Of a stretch of 64,000 nt of DNA, positions 45,682 to 59,544 are shown one piece after another. Source of the DNA: Dipteris shenzhenensis (Eukaryota); the NCBI GenBank assembly GCA_047967505.1, contig CM106538.1; one strand, 5' to 3'. The notes under the pieces are model-generated. The model did no database searches. It was not told where the DNA came from and was given only the letters and a program-made list of their open reading frames with translations. A program made the position numbers and the translations under genes. The stretch's first letter is position 1, and each line of letters starts with the position of its first letter.

Positions 45682-48600
45682 ATGGCTGGACGTCGTCATG
45701 AGCATGATGGGGATATCGAGCTCGATGCACAGGCTGACAACTTCTTCAATCGACGAAATCACAAGAATCAAGGCCGACGCCCCTTGGGAAAACTGGAACT
45801 TCCCAAATATAATGGTAAGGGAGACCCAGCTCGCTTCCTCCAGCATTTTGATGCCGCATGTCGAGCAGGTGGTGATCAATCCCATGAAACCAAGGTGGCT
45901 TGGTTTCCAATGGCCTTAACTGATGAAGCGTCAGAATGGTACCTCGACCTTCTCGTGGAAGAACGTGCCACATGGGACCTACTTCAAACCGAATTCAAAC
46001 GTCGCTTTCAAACGGAGAGGCTACAAGATGATCCCGCTCTCTAACTCAGCAAGATCGAACAAGGCTGGAGGGAAGATGTACGCACATACCTGGGAAAGAT
46101 GAAGAGATTGATCGCCAAATGTGACCCACGCCCAGATGCAAAGTACCTCACGGCATGGTTCATAGCAGGTTTAAGAAAGAAAATCCGCAAGGATATGAAA
46201 AAGATAAGTAGCTATGAAACATTTAGTGCTGCTCATGCGGCAGCCATTGACATCGAAGATGGCATGACAGATTCAGACACTAGCAGTGATGACGCTAGAT
46301 CAAATACACGAGATAAGCGCTCGAAAAAAGGTAAATCAAAGGACACTGCCGAAACATCCAATGAAGATCGCCTAGAGGCCATGACCTTGATGCTGAAAGA
46401 AGATATGATGCAGGCCATGGATCAAAAACTCCACTTGTCTCAGCCACCAACTCAAACATATCCACAGCGAGAAAATGTCTGGTGCCCACACTGCTTGGCA
46501 AATCATACAACAAATGAATGCCCAGTCCTAAGAGCAAGGATCACTGCATAAGCAAATCCACCGCCACGATTGTGGTGCCATATCTGCGTCATTGACGGCC
46601 ATGATGAGAACAGTTGCATCTTCAACATGCGCAACAATCCGCCTCGACCGCCACAATACCAAGCGGTACCTATGCCAGTATACAGGCAACCAGCACTTGC
46701 ACAAGCACCACCAGCTCCAAGGCTAAATCCTGTTCCCGTTCGGACACAAGTCCCACAACTACTCAGGAATCCGAATCCACGACCGTATCCAAGAGCACCA
46801 AATCCAGCTCCTCAGGCAGTTCCCATACATCAATTACAAGCCGAGGAAGTAGACTCGCTATTTGAGTATGAAGCAGAGTACCCAGTGTACTATGTAGAAG
46901 GTGCAGAGGGTCTCATACCAGTCTATGCAAATCAAGTGCGACCCAACACATTTCGAGCACCAATCAAGTGTTACGGTTGTGGAGAAAATCATAGGATCGC
47001 AGAGTGCCCTCATCGTGGTAGCCCAGCCACTTTCCAACCACTCTGCAGAGATTGTGGCATAGGACATGCCTGTATGGATTGCCCCATGAAAAATAAGGTC
47101 CCAGAACAAACAGAGGTTAAGCTTGACATCCCCATCGGCATCATTGGGGTGGACCATCAAAGTCTGGGTCCCGGCAAGTCTAAGGTCACAACCTATCAAT
47201 GTAATTACACGCCAATAGAAAGAGGCCACGAAGGACCCTATCATTCCAATCCAACCGAAGTGACTTCTGAGAAAGAAAGCACAAGTGCCTCCACCTCTGC
47301 CAAGCAATGAGCAGCCGAGTTCATCCACATCAACTCCCGAGCCTCGAATAAAAGAAGCTCCATTCCCGAATGCAGAGGTGGAGAAGGCTCGTTTTCAGGT
47401 ACTTCAGCAATGGGTCCAGAATGAACAAGCTCAATTTGAGGCTCAGAAACAAGCTCAAGACCCACTCCATGACTTGGCCCCACAAAGTATTGATACTGTA
47501 CTCGAGCCTTTGTTCCAACAACAGACTCCACAACAGAATGTACCGCCACGTCAACTTGAAGGAGCCGCATTCTCTAGCATCCTGAGTTGCCCTGTGTCAA
47601 TTCCCATCGGAATCCTCTTACGGAATTGTCCCAATCTCTGGGAGAGTTTCAAAGGATGGATTGAACTCGCAAATCCCCCTCCACCAATGAACGACATTGA
47701 AGATATCCCTGTGCGGATGGGTGAGAACAATGACATACGCAACATCACTGTGCCTTTGATCCACAAGGCATATAATGAAGTCCAAGCCATAGTGGATGGT
47801 GGAGCAGGTGTCAATGTCCTATCAAAGGAGCTTTACGAAGAATGGGGTCTCCCACCAATGCAAAAGGCTAATTTCAACATACGCCTTACTGATGATTCAC
47901 GGGCTAAACCCTTGGGAATAGTGAATGGCGTGTCCACAAAGATTGCAGGAGTCCGCTTTTCCCTTCAATTCACAATCTTGGATCTCCCCAAAAAATCCTA
48001 TCAAATCTTACTAGGACGTCCTTGGTTACGGGAAGCATCAGTCCTCCATGACTGGGGAACGGATAGATTGACAATCCAGAATCGAGACACTGCAGTCAGG
48101 GTGAATGTGGGGATAGGAGCTATTAAACCAATTGTTCCTAGAGCATTAGATGACACATCTTCCACGACAATCTCGAGCAAATCAGCTCCCTTGCAACAGC
48201 ATGCCATAGCAGGTGACTCACAAATCAATGTCAATAACTGGATCCAAACATTGGCAACCATCGACAACTGCCATTCATTAGACCCCATTTTCTCACAAAT
48301 AGACGTTAACGCACTATAGGTCGATCCTCCACCGACACATGAAGAACCAATCGATCTAGAGATGCCATTCTTTATGGCTGACCTCGAATGGGATAATGAA
48401 CCTGAAGAAGGTTCCCATACCAATGATGACTCAGATTTTCCTTGGGACCTTGAAACAGAGGCTGCGAATGCTGAAATTGAAGATCAAATCTTTGATAATG
48501 ACCTAGCCATTCTGCATGCCCTAATGGCAGCTGAGCTCCCAAAAGTTGAACCTCCACAGTTGAATAACAGCAAAAGATCCCGCAAGAAAGCTACAGGAGG

Positions 48601-51600
48601 AAATCACAGAAAAGCCAAGGCCGAGCACTTCAATGAATTCGAACGAGTCCAAAGAAGGATTGGCGAATTGTATCTTGCAAAGGCAGTTCCCTCAAAATCA
48701 AAACCACCACCTCTTGCATGGTACCCTGAAGGACTGGAAGGAGTATGTGCAACACATGAACCCTTACTTGGAAACACCTTACCAGTGGAAAAGTTACCCC
48801 ATAGTTCCCAACGTAAGAAGTTTCGGAAATATAAGCCACATGTGCGGATGAAGCTCGATCAAGAGACTTCAGAAAAAGAAAGGAAAGAAGAGCCTAACAA
48901 ATTACTAAATGCAACTATGCCACCCAGTACACATGACACCTGCCAGGCTAGTTCAACCCCATCAGAGGCCGATCTTTGAGAAGTGCCAGAATACTTTAAG
49001 AATTATACAAGTGGCAGTGTACCAATAGCAATGCCAAGACCAATCAGAGAATCTGAAGTTCAAGAAACCGATAGCATTGGAGAAACTCCAATCTATGAGG
49101 GACCGGAAAAAACACGCACAATAAACCTCGCCCTTGAAGGGGAGGAAGAAAAATTGGTTTTCATTGGGAAACAGCTCCGTCAAGAAGATGAAATCAAACT
49201 CAAAGACCTCCTAATGGAATACCATGACTGCCTAGCATGGTCATACAAAGAGATGAAAGGAATTTCACTAGAAGTGGCAATGCACACGATACCTATAAGG
49301 GAAGGTGCTCGCCCTAAGGTATGTGGACCTTATCGCACAAATCCTAAATATGGCACCATGGATTATGACGAGCTGGAAAATCTCCTAGATGCCAGATTCA
49401 TCTACGAGATAGAGCACACTGATTGGGTTTCACCCATTGTCATTGTGCCTAAATGCAACAAGAAGCTTAGAATATGCGTAAACTTGAAAAATGTGAATGC
49501 CGCCACAATTAGGGATCACTACCCCCTACCCTTAACAGAAACAGTGTTGGAAAAGGTGGCCGGATCTGAAATATATAGCTTCTTGGATGGCTTCAGTGGC
49601 TATAACCAAGTGCAAATTACTCCTCAAGACCAATCAAAAACAGCATTTGCTACAGAATGGGGTATTTTTGCATATAGAGTCATGCCATTCGGCCTTTGTA
49701 ATGCCCCAGCCACATTCCAGTGAATCATGTTCACATCTTTCAAGTCATTTTTGAATAAGTTTTTACAGGTGTTCTTGGATGATTTGTGCATCCATTCAAA
49801 CAAACAGGACCACTTCAAATGTCTTGAAGAAGTACTAATCAAATGCAGGGAGTATGGTATCTCCCTAAATCCAACAAAATGCCAGTTCATGGTCACCCAC
49901 GGAGTTGTTTTGGGACACATCGTCTCTCAACATGGGATTGCAACTGACATGGACAAAATCAAAATCATCATGGAATTGCCTCCTCCTACAAATTCCAAAG
50001 GTGTACAGGTCTTTATAATGGGACATGCCGGCTATTATAGAAGATTTATATTGTGGTATGCCATGATAGCTAGACCACTATACAAATTATTAGTGGAGTT
50101 CTTATGGACCGAAGAGTGCGACCAAGCCTTTGAGCTTTTAAAGTGGCGCCTAATCACAACACCCATCCTTATATCTCCCAATTGGGATATTGATTTTCAT
50201 GTTCATACTGATGGATCCAAGTATGCAATTGGGAGTGTGCTTTGTCAAGCTGGTGAACATAAGAAAGACTACCCCGTCTACTTCGCCAGTCGACAACGCA
50301 ATGATGCAGAGATCAACTACACAACCATAGAAAGAGAAGCCCTAGCAATGGTGTATAGTGTAAAGAAATTTCGGCACTATCTACTCGCAAATGATTTTGT
50401 CTTCTACACTGACCATCAAGCATTGCTTTATCTTGTGAACCGTCCGTGTACCACAGGAAGAATAACCAGATGGCTCCTCTTGCTGCAAGAATTCAACTTC
50501 AAAATCGTGGTCCGCAAAGGTGCCCAACACTACATTGCCGATCACATGTCTCGAGTCAAGACAAGAGAAGAAGCCACTGAAGTAGAAGAAGACTTACCAG
50601 ATGCCACACTATTTCAAATAGATGATGTTCTAGAATGGTGTGGAGATATCATTGGGTACTTGATGGGAGGAAGACCACCCCCTGACATGAAAGCAGTAGA
50701 TGCCAGAAAATTGATTCTAAATGCTGCACCCTATCAACTCATTGCAGGACAACTGTACAAGATGGGAAAGGACCAGATATTAAGAAGATGTGTAATGCCT
50801 CATGAGATCCTGCCAATTCTAAGTGAAGTCCATGAAGGCATTGCAGGAGGACACTTCCAAGGGGAAGCCACAGCAAGAAAAGTTCTCCTCGCAGGCTACT
50901 GGTGGCCAACACTGTCGGCATATGCCTATGAATATGTAAAAGGCTGTGATGTATGCCAACGGACTATTAAACCACAACACAAAGACTTCAATCCCCTAAC
51001 AACAGTTGTTGCACAACAACCATTTGAAAAATGGGGGATTGACTATGTGGGTCCCATACATCCAGCAGCAAAAGGAACACAGGAACGCTACATCATTGTG
51101 GCCACTGATTACTTTACAAAATGGGCTGAAGCTAAAGCAGTCAGAAAGGCAGATGCCAAAAGCACAACAAGATTCTTATACGAACATGTGATCACCCGAT
51201 TCGGATGCCCCATTGAAATTGTGTCGGATAGAGGCACACATTTTGTCAATGAGGTAATCCAAGAACTCTTGTTTGGCTTCATGGTCATCCATAGAAAAAG
51301 CACACCCTACTACCCCCAAGGGAATGGACTAGCAGAATCCATAAACAAAATCATATGCAATATCCTCACCAAGGTAGTAGAACCACAGCGTTCTGATTAG
51401 GCAGAGAAACTGAATGCAGCCTTATGGGCATACAGAACCACATTCAAGGTCAGTACAGGGAACACACCTTTTCAATTGGTGTACGGCCTTGAAGTTGTGG
51501 TCCCACTCAAATTTGTAATACCAAGTCTATGCATCGCAGTACAGGAATGCATGGGTGATCATGAGTCCTTGAAAGAAAGGCTCTGTCAGTTGGAAAAGCA

Positions 51601-51937
51601 TACAGAGACAAGACTAGTCGCTTATCATGCCATGACAACAGAAAAACGTCGACAAAAGGCATGGTTTGACAGGAATCTGAAAGCTAAAGACATCAAGGAA
51701 GGCGACTTAGTCCTGTTATACAATGCCAAAGTACACAAGGGAAAACTGAAGTATCTAGGTCAAGGACCCTACCGAGTACGAAAGATGAATCCCATCGGAG
51801 CTGTGCTACTAGAAACACTAGATGGAGTCCAATTCAACACAATAATAAACGGGAGCCGACTGAAGCACTACTACATCAACACGCGAGCCATCCCCGACAA
51901 AAACGAAGATTTGGGAAACCAAGTCTTCCTTAGTTAG
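45682..51937 (+). pseudogene. Gypsy gag-pol with several premature stops and a frameshift
   Basis: LPKYNGKGDP gag; four CCHC-like knuckles; IVDGGAGVN; LDGFSGYNQ and FLDD; RNase H; HHCC zinc finger; DYVG/SDRG integrase; GPY. Confidence 0.95.
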
Positions 51938-52469
51938 GATTAGATTGTATCACGAGCACTCACTTGCATATGTACGTCTTCGCACATATAGGTAGCATCA
52001 ATAGATTTTACCTAGAGCTCAGAAGTGATGATGAGTTCTAGCTGCCCTATGAAAATCCCAACAAAAAAAGCATATAGTTAGTCCCTACTTAGCTACTAGG
52101 TCACGTGCACTCACACGCTTTCGCTTAGACACATAGATGATTGCATGAATAATTGTACCACACACTTTCATTCCACACTCTCAAAGGATGTATAACAAAA
52201 AAAAAAAAAAGGGATCTCTCTCCCACACACACACAGAAAGGTCATACAGGCATGCCAATCAATTTGATGATCAATGGTACACTACATGTACATGGATGCA
52301 GGTTCAGAAAAGATGCCGCCACTAAAGAGGATGCGCAAAAAGAGCCCACCGCCTCAACCACGGGACCCCCTCTAGAGTTCGCAGCCATCTACATCCTCTC
52401 AACCACGGAGACCACATGCATTCGTGGTCCAAAGCGATAGCTCCATCAGTGCATGACCAAGCAGAACAA

Positions 52470-54978
52470 ATGCCACCCCAGTCACAGCCGGCCTACACAA
52501 CCGTTAACAAGGCCCAATCATAGGAACTTGTCTGGCCACCCACATCGACTTATGCTCTTTCCCAGGAAGCAACATCTTACTTAGAGCAACGGGGTCTAGG
52601 CAATTTGCATGAGAGCCTCAAATCCTTGGAGGACAGTCCTATCATGACCACCTACATCAAGGACTTTCTCCACTCTTACTACTCCAGCAATGCAACGGAT
52701 GGCAAGTACGGTACAATCACTGTACAGCAGAGCCCACTGAACATTATCCTCGACAGTACGGTCATTCAAAGGGCTTTCTCACTGCCAAAACAAGGTGGCC
52801 AATACCCTAAATGGTCTGCTGATGCAAAGTTTATCGAAGTACAGTCTCTCCTCACCAAGGGTACCCTGATCCATAGAGATGGCATATTGCTTCGCACAAT
52901 CCTTGACCCTCGCCTCAAGGAAGCAGCACAATTTCTATCCACAATCCTGGGAATAAAGAACGGCAAGGAACGCTCCCTTCCACTCCGCACATTTGTTTTG
53001 CTGAGTAGGAAGCTAAAACAAGACTGGGTCCAACACTTTGTCATTTTCTTTAGCAAAAAACTCGATGGTTCTTTAGGCCAGAAATGTAAAATTCCGCACT
53101 TATTGGCTATAATCATCAAAGAAGAACTACAAGAAAGAGAAATGACTCTGCCCCAGTCTCTAAAGCCAATTGAGGAGTTGGACATACCCTTCTCACCAGT
53201 ATGGGAGCCGTCATCAACTGCACCAGCTATCACATTGATAAGTACAGATGCCTTAACAGAAGTACCTATTCTGGAAAGCAGGATTGTAGAATTGCCCCAG
53301 GAAATGCTACAGCTCGGTGCACAACTGCAACCACTAAGTCTCTACCAACAGCACCAACCCGAGCTCGAGACAAGGTTGGCACCCGAACCTGAGGAACGAT
53401 CAACACCAGAGCTTGAGACCACATCAGCACTCGAACCGCCCATCGACGCCATGCCAGTCGATGAGCCCCAACGAGAGCTAGTGCCAGATCAGCAGTATGA
53501 CTATTGTACACAAGGGACTGAAATGCCATTGGAACAACCTCCCCCAAATACTACAGAATCATCGGGATGGCTACATGGGCACCACTTGTATCAGCAATAT
53601 CACCAGACCTCATCACCGTCTGTCATTCTCCAACATCAAGCTAGCCAAATGATCCAAATGTTAGAACTCTTCACTAGCTTGGCTAAGGAAGCATATGCAA
53701 GAGAATTGGAAAGGCAGACGGCATCAGAAATCGAAGACCAATTCCAGGCAATCGCCATAGAGGTCAAGGCACTTCGGGCACAGATAGATGAGAAGGAGGT
53801 AGAAGAAGTGCGCATGAACCAGGCTCTCCAAGCTCAAGAGAAGGCCGTAAGGAATGTGACCTCCAGCCTCCACCAAAGTCAAACACAGCTGACTGCGGCA
53901 GGAGAAGCAATGGCAATCCTACAGACCTCCTATAACTCCCTGACATCTACACATGCCCAACAAACAGAGGTAGTGGCACAAGCTCGACTCACTCTCATTC
54001 ACAAAGAAGAAGAGCTCCAGGATTGCAAAGACAAGCTTGAAGACATGAAACAATCTTTGGCAGTACGTGCCTTTAGCATTGATGAGCTTACAAGGGAATG
54101 CCAACTCTTAAAAGACCAACTTGCTACTGTTCTCAAGAGGCCAGCACTTCACAAGCCCAGGTCTTGGACCAATGGTCCAATATCACTGAAGACATTCCTC
54201 AACAGGCAAAGGTCACCTTGCAAATGAAAAAGCTTAAGGAGGCATACACAACCATCTACCATCAGTACAAAGAAAAAATGAATGAGATGCACTCCCAAAA
54301 AATAGCCATCTCCAAGCTTGAACTCCAATTGCTAGTGCACAACAATGAGGCATTGGAAGACAACACCAATGACACCCCACTACAATGCACAACCGTGGTG
54401 TACGAAGAGCTTGTGGCTGCTCTACAAGTGGAAGATCACCTCAACACACGCGTGCTTATCCAATGGAAGCAACTCCAAAAATCAGGATCATATCTGCTCA
54501 TCCAACAATCAACTGGAAACGATCAATCGGGATTAAAACCCTGCGCATAATTTGCCAAGACTTGTCTGAAGATGAGAAGAATATCTTCTGCCTGTCTACA
54601 CATGCCGGGTTTATAACACTCAGGACGGATGCTTTCATTGCATATGTCTGCCTCATGGGTAGTCCTCCCCTCAGGGTTATTGCAGGTTTGTTGCCATTGC
54701 TACAAAGGCCATCCCTATTATTTGCATGGCACGACATAACCGACATCCAACCCATGCAGCTGATCATCCCATCGCACCAGCAAAAAGAAGTGTCGGAAGA
54801 TGACAAGGCCTATCTCACATCCAACTTCCCATATCTAACCACTCTTTCTGCCAACATCATAACCTCATTTCCCCTTGCTGCTACCACCCTCTTAACCTTC
54901 CCCGAGCTCCATCCAAACATCTATTCCCTCCATCGTCTCTTTGCTCATGCCTCTCACCATTTTCAACTTACCCAATAG
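52470..54978 (+). pseudogene. Extra 3' ORF 1 (Athila-ORF/Transposase_32-like N-terminus, Pro/Glu linker, long coiled coil), with a stop and frameshifts
   Basis: ATG 52470; open 52605-54227; continues via frameshifts to 54550/54978; conserved in copy 1. Family label is a tentative pattern match. Confidence 0.6.
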
Positions 54979-55134
54979 TCACAAACTTACGAGCTCCTTA
55001 CACCTAGCTTTTTCCCCTCCCTTGCTAATCCTACCCTTGAGGATTACCAAGCTGCTCAAACCATTTGCCCATTTCTTCCCCCCCTCCCCTCTGCTCCCCC
55101 TTCTGCCACTATCACTCAGCCATATTTCTCCCCC

Positions 55135-56034
55135 ATGTCCCCTGATTCTCTCCCGGCCCCGTCATTACCTCCGACACTTCTGGTGCTTCCATCAGCAGAA
55201 AATGATGCAGTATTTGATTTTGAATATCCGGATCCGGATAATCCAATTCGTACACCCATGCCAAGTTCCAATGATGGGTATGATTTTGATGAGATACCAC
55301 TTCCCAATAACCCCATCAAGGAATTTTGGAGCAAATATCCTGATATGAAAACTCGCGGTGGATGGACCCTAAGTAACTTTCCTACCAACCTTCGTCAGCA
55401 TCAAATAAGTGAAGGTTGGATTAGCAAATTGGATCCACAACCTGATTGGTGCCGTCCCAAGCTCTTTGATGTAATCTTCTTAAAGGAGTACTTACGGGCA
55501 CCTCCATGTCTCAGAACCCATCCCAAGTTCTATGCAGTTCCACGGCGTAAAAAATGGGAAGCCAAAATACACACTTTGGTTGAAGATCGAGTCATTAATT
55601 GGCCAATGATCGAACCCTACTCTGGTGTAGAATGGAATATCCAAGGCACCATGATCCGAGCACTTCAGCAGCATGAACAAACAATGCGCGGCAACATTGA
55701 TCGCTTCCTTCGCCAAAGTGCCATATTCTGTAAAACATTAGAATTAATTCTGGAGGTCCCATGTTACCTTGATTCCCATTTGCCTCCACTCAGCTTTAAT
55801 CCCAATGAAAGGATTGATGCTCAGATTACAAGCCGACTCTATCAAAGAGTGATCTTCTTGGAGGCACGCCACATATCTCTGTTCGAGCAAATGGTAGATA
55901 CAGGCTACCTGGAAACTGCGCAAAAATTGTATGGTGCTAAGGCTCTACAGCAGGATCGACTGGCACGACACAAGTTCCACAACCACTGGACTAAAAACAT
56001 GGCAACCCAGGTACGTGATCGCAATAAGCCATAA
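55135..56034 (+). CDS. Extra 3' ORF 2 of unknown function (299 aa)
   Basis: Open frame ending 35 bp before the 3' LTR; homologues at 26775-27740 and 63680-64000(-). Confidence 0.6.
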   Translation: MSPDSLPAPSLPPTLLVLPSAENDAVFDFEYPDPDNPIRTPMPSSNDGYDFDEIPLPNNPIKEFWSKYPDMKTRGGWTLSNFPTNLRQHQISEGWISKLDPQPDWCRPKLFDVIFLKEYLRAPPCLRTHPKFYAVPRRKKWEAKIHTLVEDRVINWPMIEPYSGVEWNIQGTMIRALQQHEQTMRGNIDRFLRQSAIFCKTLELILEVPCYLDSHLPPLSFNPNERIDAQITSRLYQRVIFLEARHISLFEQMVDTGYLETAQKLYGAKALQQDRLARHKFHNHWTKNMATQVRDRNKP

Positions 56035-56068
56035 CCCGAGGACGGGTAATAAAATGGATCCGGGAGTA

Positions 56069-57145
56069 TGTTGACTCTGTGCCAACATGAACTTATGAAG
56101 AAAGAGAAGGTGTTACAACTTTGTGATACAACTTTGTGTTACGACTTTGTGTAACAACTTTGTGTTACAACTTCTACATGTAGAGAGAGAATGTGTTACA
56201 ACTTTGTGATACAACTTTGTGTTACAACTTTGTGATACGACTTTGTGTTACATGCAGAGAGAGAAGCTCTCCAACTTGTATAAATACCCCATAATGGAAT
56301 GAAGCCCACACTCTTTGGGGCATTGTGTTGAGTCTACTTTGGTATTCCAAGCATTTGTCTCAAGTGTCCATGCTTCCTTGCACTGCACGTCCAAAAGCAT
56401 GTCCTAACCTTGCAACCCTTCTCCCCTCTCCTCCAACCCTGCAACCCACCCTCTCCCTCTCCTCCTCCCTCCTCCTCCTTCCTCCTTCTCCTCCTCCTCC
56501 TCCTCCTCCTCCCTCCTCCTCCTCCTCCTCTCTCCTCCCCCTCCCTCCTCCTCTTCCCTCCTCCTCCTTCCTCCTCTCTCTTCTTTCACCCATGCTCTTA
56601 CACCTTCTTCCTCTCCCACTCCTATGCTTTCCTAAACCCTTAAACTCCATGATCTACGAGGGAGACGAGTTCTCCACCATGTACTCTACTCTGAACCTTG
56701 GATCCTCCTTCTAACCCTGGACTCCTTCTAAACCTTGGAACCTCCTTCTGAACCCTGGAACTCTTTCTAAACCCTAGAACCTCCTTCTGAACCCTGGAAC
56801 TCTTTCTGAACCCTGGAACCTCCTTCTGAACCCTGGAACTCTTTCTAAACCCTGGAACCTCCTTCTGAAGCCTTAAACTCCTCCTAAACCCTACAACCCC
56901 TAATGAAGGCGAAAGCCTTCATTACCTCAACAAAGATGGTTTAGGTGCCTTTTACACATGCTTGCACTTTGTTTGCTTACCACACTTAAGCCTACGTCTC
57001 TCATCGGAACACGACTCGAGGTCCTAAGCTACACATATACTACAACCGACAATCCCAATATATCTGTAGGTGACAAAAAGCCTCGGAACCCTGCAAACAT
57101 AGAAAACCCAGCTCTTCCTACGAAAGCAGTAGGAAAGAGCAAACA
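56069..57145 (+). repeat. 3' LTR of Gypsy copy 2
   Basis: Direct repeat followed by TSD CCAAT. Confidence 0.97.
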
Positions 57146-57150
57146 CCAAT

Positions 57151-57330
57151 TCCATTTCTTTGCTCCAATTTTGTTAAAGAGGGGGGGGCTGCTGAGCCCC
57201 CCCCTTTTTTTGGTTCCATAGAGTCTGCGCTAGTGCAGACTCTGGGGGGCTGCTGAGCCCCCCCTGCAAACATGCCGCTTTCAGAGGCAATGGGAAGCCA
57301 GTTCCATTTCTTTGCTCCAATTTTGTTAAT
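57151..57330. repeat. Remainder of the split hairpin tandem repeat
   Basis: TCCATTTCTTTGCTCCAATTTTGTTAA occurs twice; matches the 41099-41221 unit. Confidence 0.85.
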
Positions 57331-58002
57331 GTTGCAACTTCATGCCTATAACAGTTTGCTGGCTCTTGTTTCTTCCCAGTCCTGTACAATGGTCCCGTTC
57401 ATCAACTAGAGATCTTATCTTGAGGATCTTGTCCTCATTCTACTGCTGCTGCTTTTGTGTGGTGCTCTTGCGATTTTAGATTAAGCTTCTAGTTCTTGAG
57501 CATCCTGTTCATTTGGGGTTTTTAAGTTTACCTAGTATGAATAATCATTTACAGGGGTCTAGTTTGTACAATTCACATCACGTTAATAGTCTCAGTTTAT
57601 TCCCTTATCCATAATAAAGCGAGTCAAGCAGTTCTTCCCTGCCCTTACCATTCTTCTATGAAGACTCCAATTCAAGGAGGATTGCGCTCTTGGTTTCACC
57701 TCTCTTATAACAAATTCAAAGCTTGGTGCAAAGGAGGATTATGTTGGAGACCATTCTACTATATTTTCCTACTTCGCTGCTCGATATGTATTGATGTCTA
57801 AGGCATGTTCTTCAAAGTTGTTGGAGTTTTGATGGGTTCCAAGTTCAAGGCTCGGGCTTCATAAGGTTTTTTATGGTGGGTATTGTGCCATGTGGGGGTT
57901 AAAGGTCACTGTGCCTTTACCCCGGTTATGTACAATACTCAAACACATATATAAATGAATGAAAAAGAAGATTAGGGTGGTTCTGCACCCACCAAAACTT
58001 GT

Positions 58003-58017
58003 ATCTCTCTATCTCTC

Positions 58018-58071
<54 letters not shown>
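58003..58071. repeat. (CT)n microsatellite in the Copia C LTR
   Basis: Direct inspection. Confidence 0.95.
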
Positions 58072-58073
<2 letters not shown>

Positions 58074-59544
58074 TCTTCCGTTCTTGCTTCCGTTGAGAGC
58101 ACTCTCAACTGGTATCAGAGCCCGGGTGATCTAGCTGAGCATGCGTGAATGCTTGAAGCTTAGTAGCTCTGTGGGAGGAAGGAGAAGCTCTGTGGGAAGC
58201 TTTGTGGGTGACTTTACTTGCATCCGAGTGTGCAGAGACCTTGGAGGAACCTTTGGAAAAGTCACTTTGGTTTTGCGAAGTGGTTTTGAGAGCCTGTTAA
58301 GTGTTTTCAAAGAAAAAGTCGTTTTTTGAGTTTTTCCCTGTTCCGTTCGATGACAGAGACTCCATATTGACTTGTAGAGGCAACTATTGCTTGCTTTTGG
58401 TATCCACTTCACTTCAGGAGCTTGGAAACACCTTCATTCTTGAATCTAGGATCATTTCACTGGATTTTTGACTCACTGAGTCAGTTCCTGCGTTTTTTGC
58501 CCGGGTGTTGGAACTCAAGTTTGGAGCAACCATTTGCAGATCTGTCAGTTCCGGTGGACTCAGGAGGTCCTAAAACTTCTATGTTGCTCATCGTTCACAC
58601 TCCGGTGGAGTTTACAAACAGCTCTGTTTCCAAAAACATTTTTCGTCCATGTGTTGGACCCAGTGATTGAGACCACGGTTTCCAAAACCGTCTGTCCCAT
58701 TGCGTTCCGGACGCCCAAAAACCCCTACCTGTCAGTTCTTGCGCAATTCGGTGGAGGATTTTCAGAGTTGTAGATCTCTGTGTATTCGATTTCATCTCTC
58801 TGTTATGCATTTTTCATTCTAAGGTTTTGAAACCTTAGATTTATGCCACATGGCAGTGGATAAGTGTTGACTCCCATTTCTCACTCATCGGTTGGGATTT
58901 TGGAGTTCTGGCAGAAGAGAGATATTTGCAGATTTTCTTGCTGATTCTGATTATGCAATGGCGCCCATGTTTTGAGGCATCTCAAGTTCTATTTTCAGTA
59001 GCGGTCATTACCGTGGGACTATGATTTCTTGAGCATACCTTATACAGATCACTCTGATTGTAGTTTGAGCAGTGTGCGCTCATTCGTGGTATGCATTGGG
59101 TTGTAGTGGATGATTTATAGGCCATTTAGATGCATTGCGGTCCTTATTGGATGCGTTGATAGGCCCAAATTGCCTTGTGGGATGCTATTTTTATGGATGC
59201 TTTGCACATGGATGCTATTTTATGCTGAGGGACAGCTTTGACACATTGCAGGTGATGCACTGATAGTGCTATGCTCTCTTGGATGAGATATTATTGATGC
59301 ATATATCAGTGGACGGTGTTTATGCTTGAGTCATTTGGCACTTATTCGCATTTTCTTTTGGGCCAGATTTGCTCATATGGATGCATAGTATATGCACATG
59401 AGTCAGATGCATCTTTTGATGCTTTGAGCTTTGAGTTTTGGTGATATTTCACTCTATTGTGGCATACACATTTGGGTGCACCTAGTATTTGGTGTGATTC
59501 TCTCTTGCAGGCACTAGCATTTGGGATTTTGTTTCATTTGCATC

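Larger units (their letters stand above)
41222..57145 (+). mobile_element. Complete 15.9-kb Gypsy (Athila/Tat-like) LTR retrotransposon, copy 2
   Basis: LTRs 41222-42314 and 56069-57145. Perfect TSD CCAAT. tRNA-Asp-type PBS TGGTGCCGTTGCCGGGGA at 42317-42334. Confidence 0.97.

Noticed and set aside
48317-48319. Programmed stop read-through after the protease
   Set aside because: Copy 1 has CAG at the homologous codon, so this is a decay mutation.
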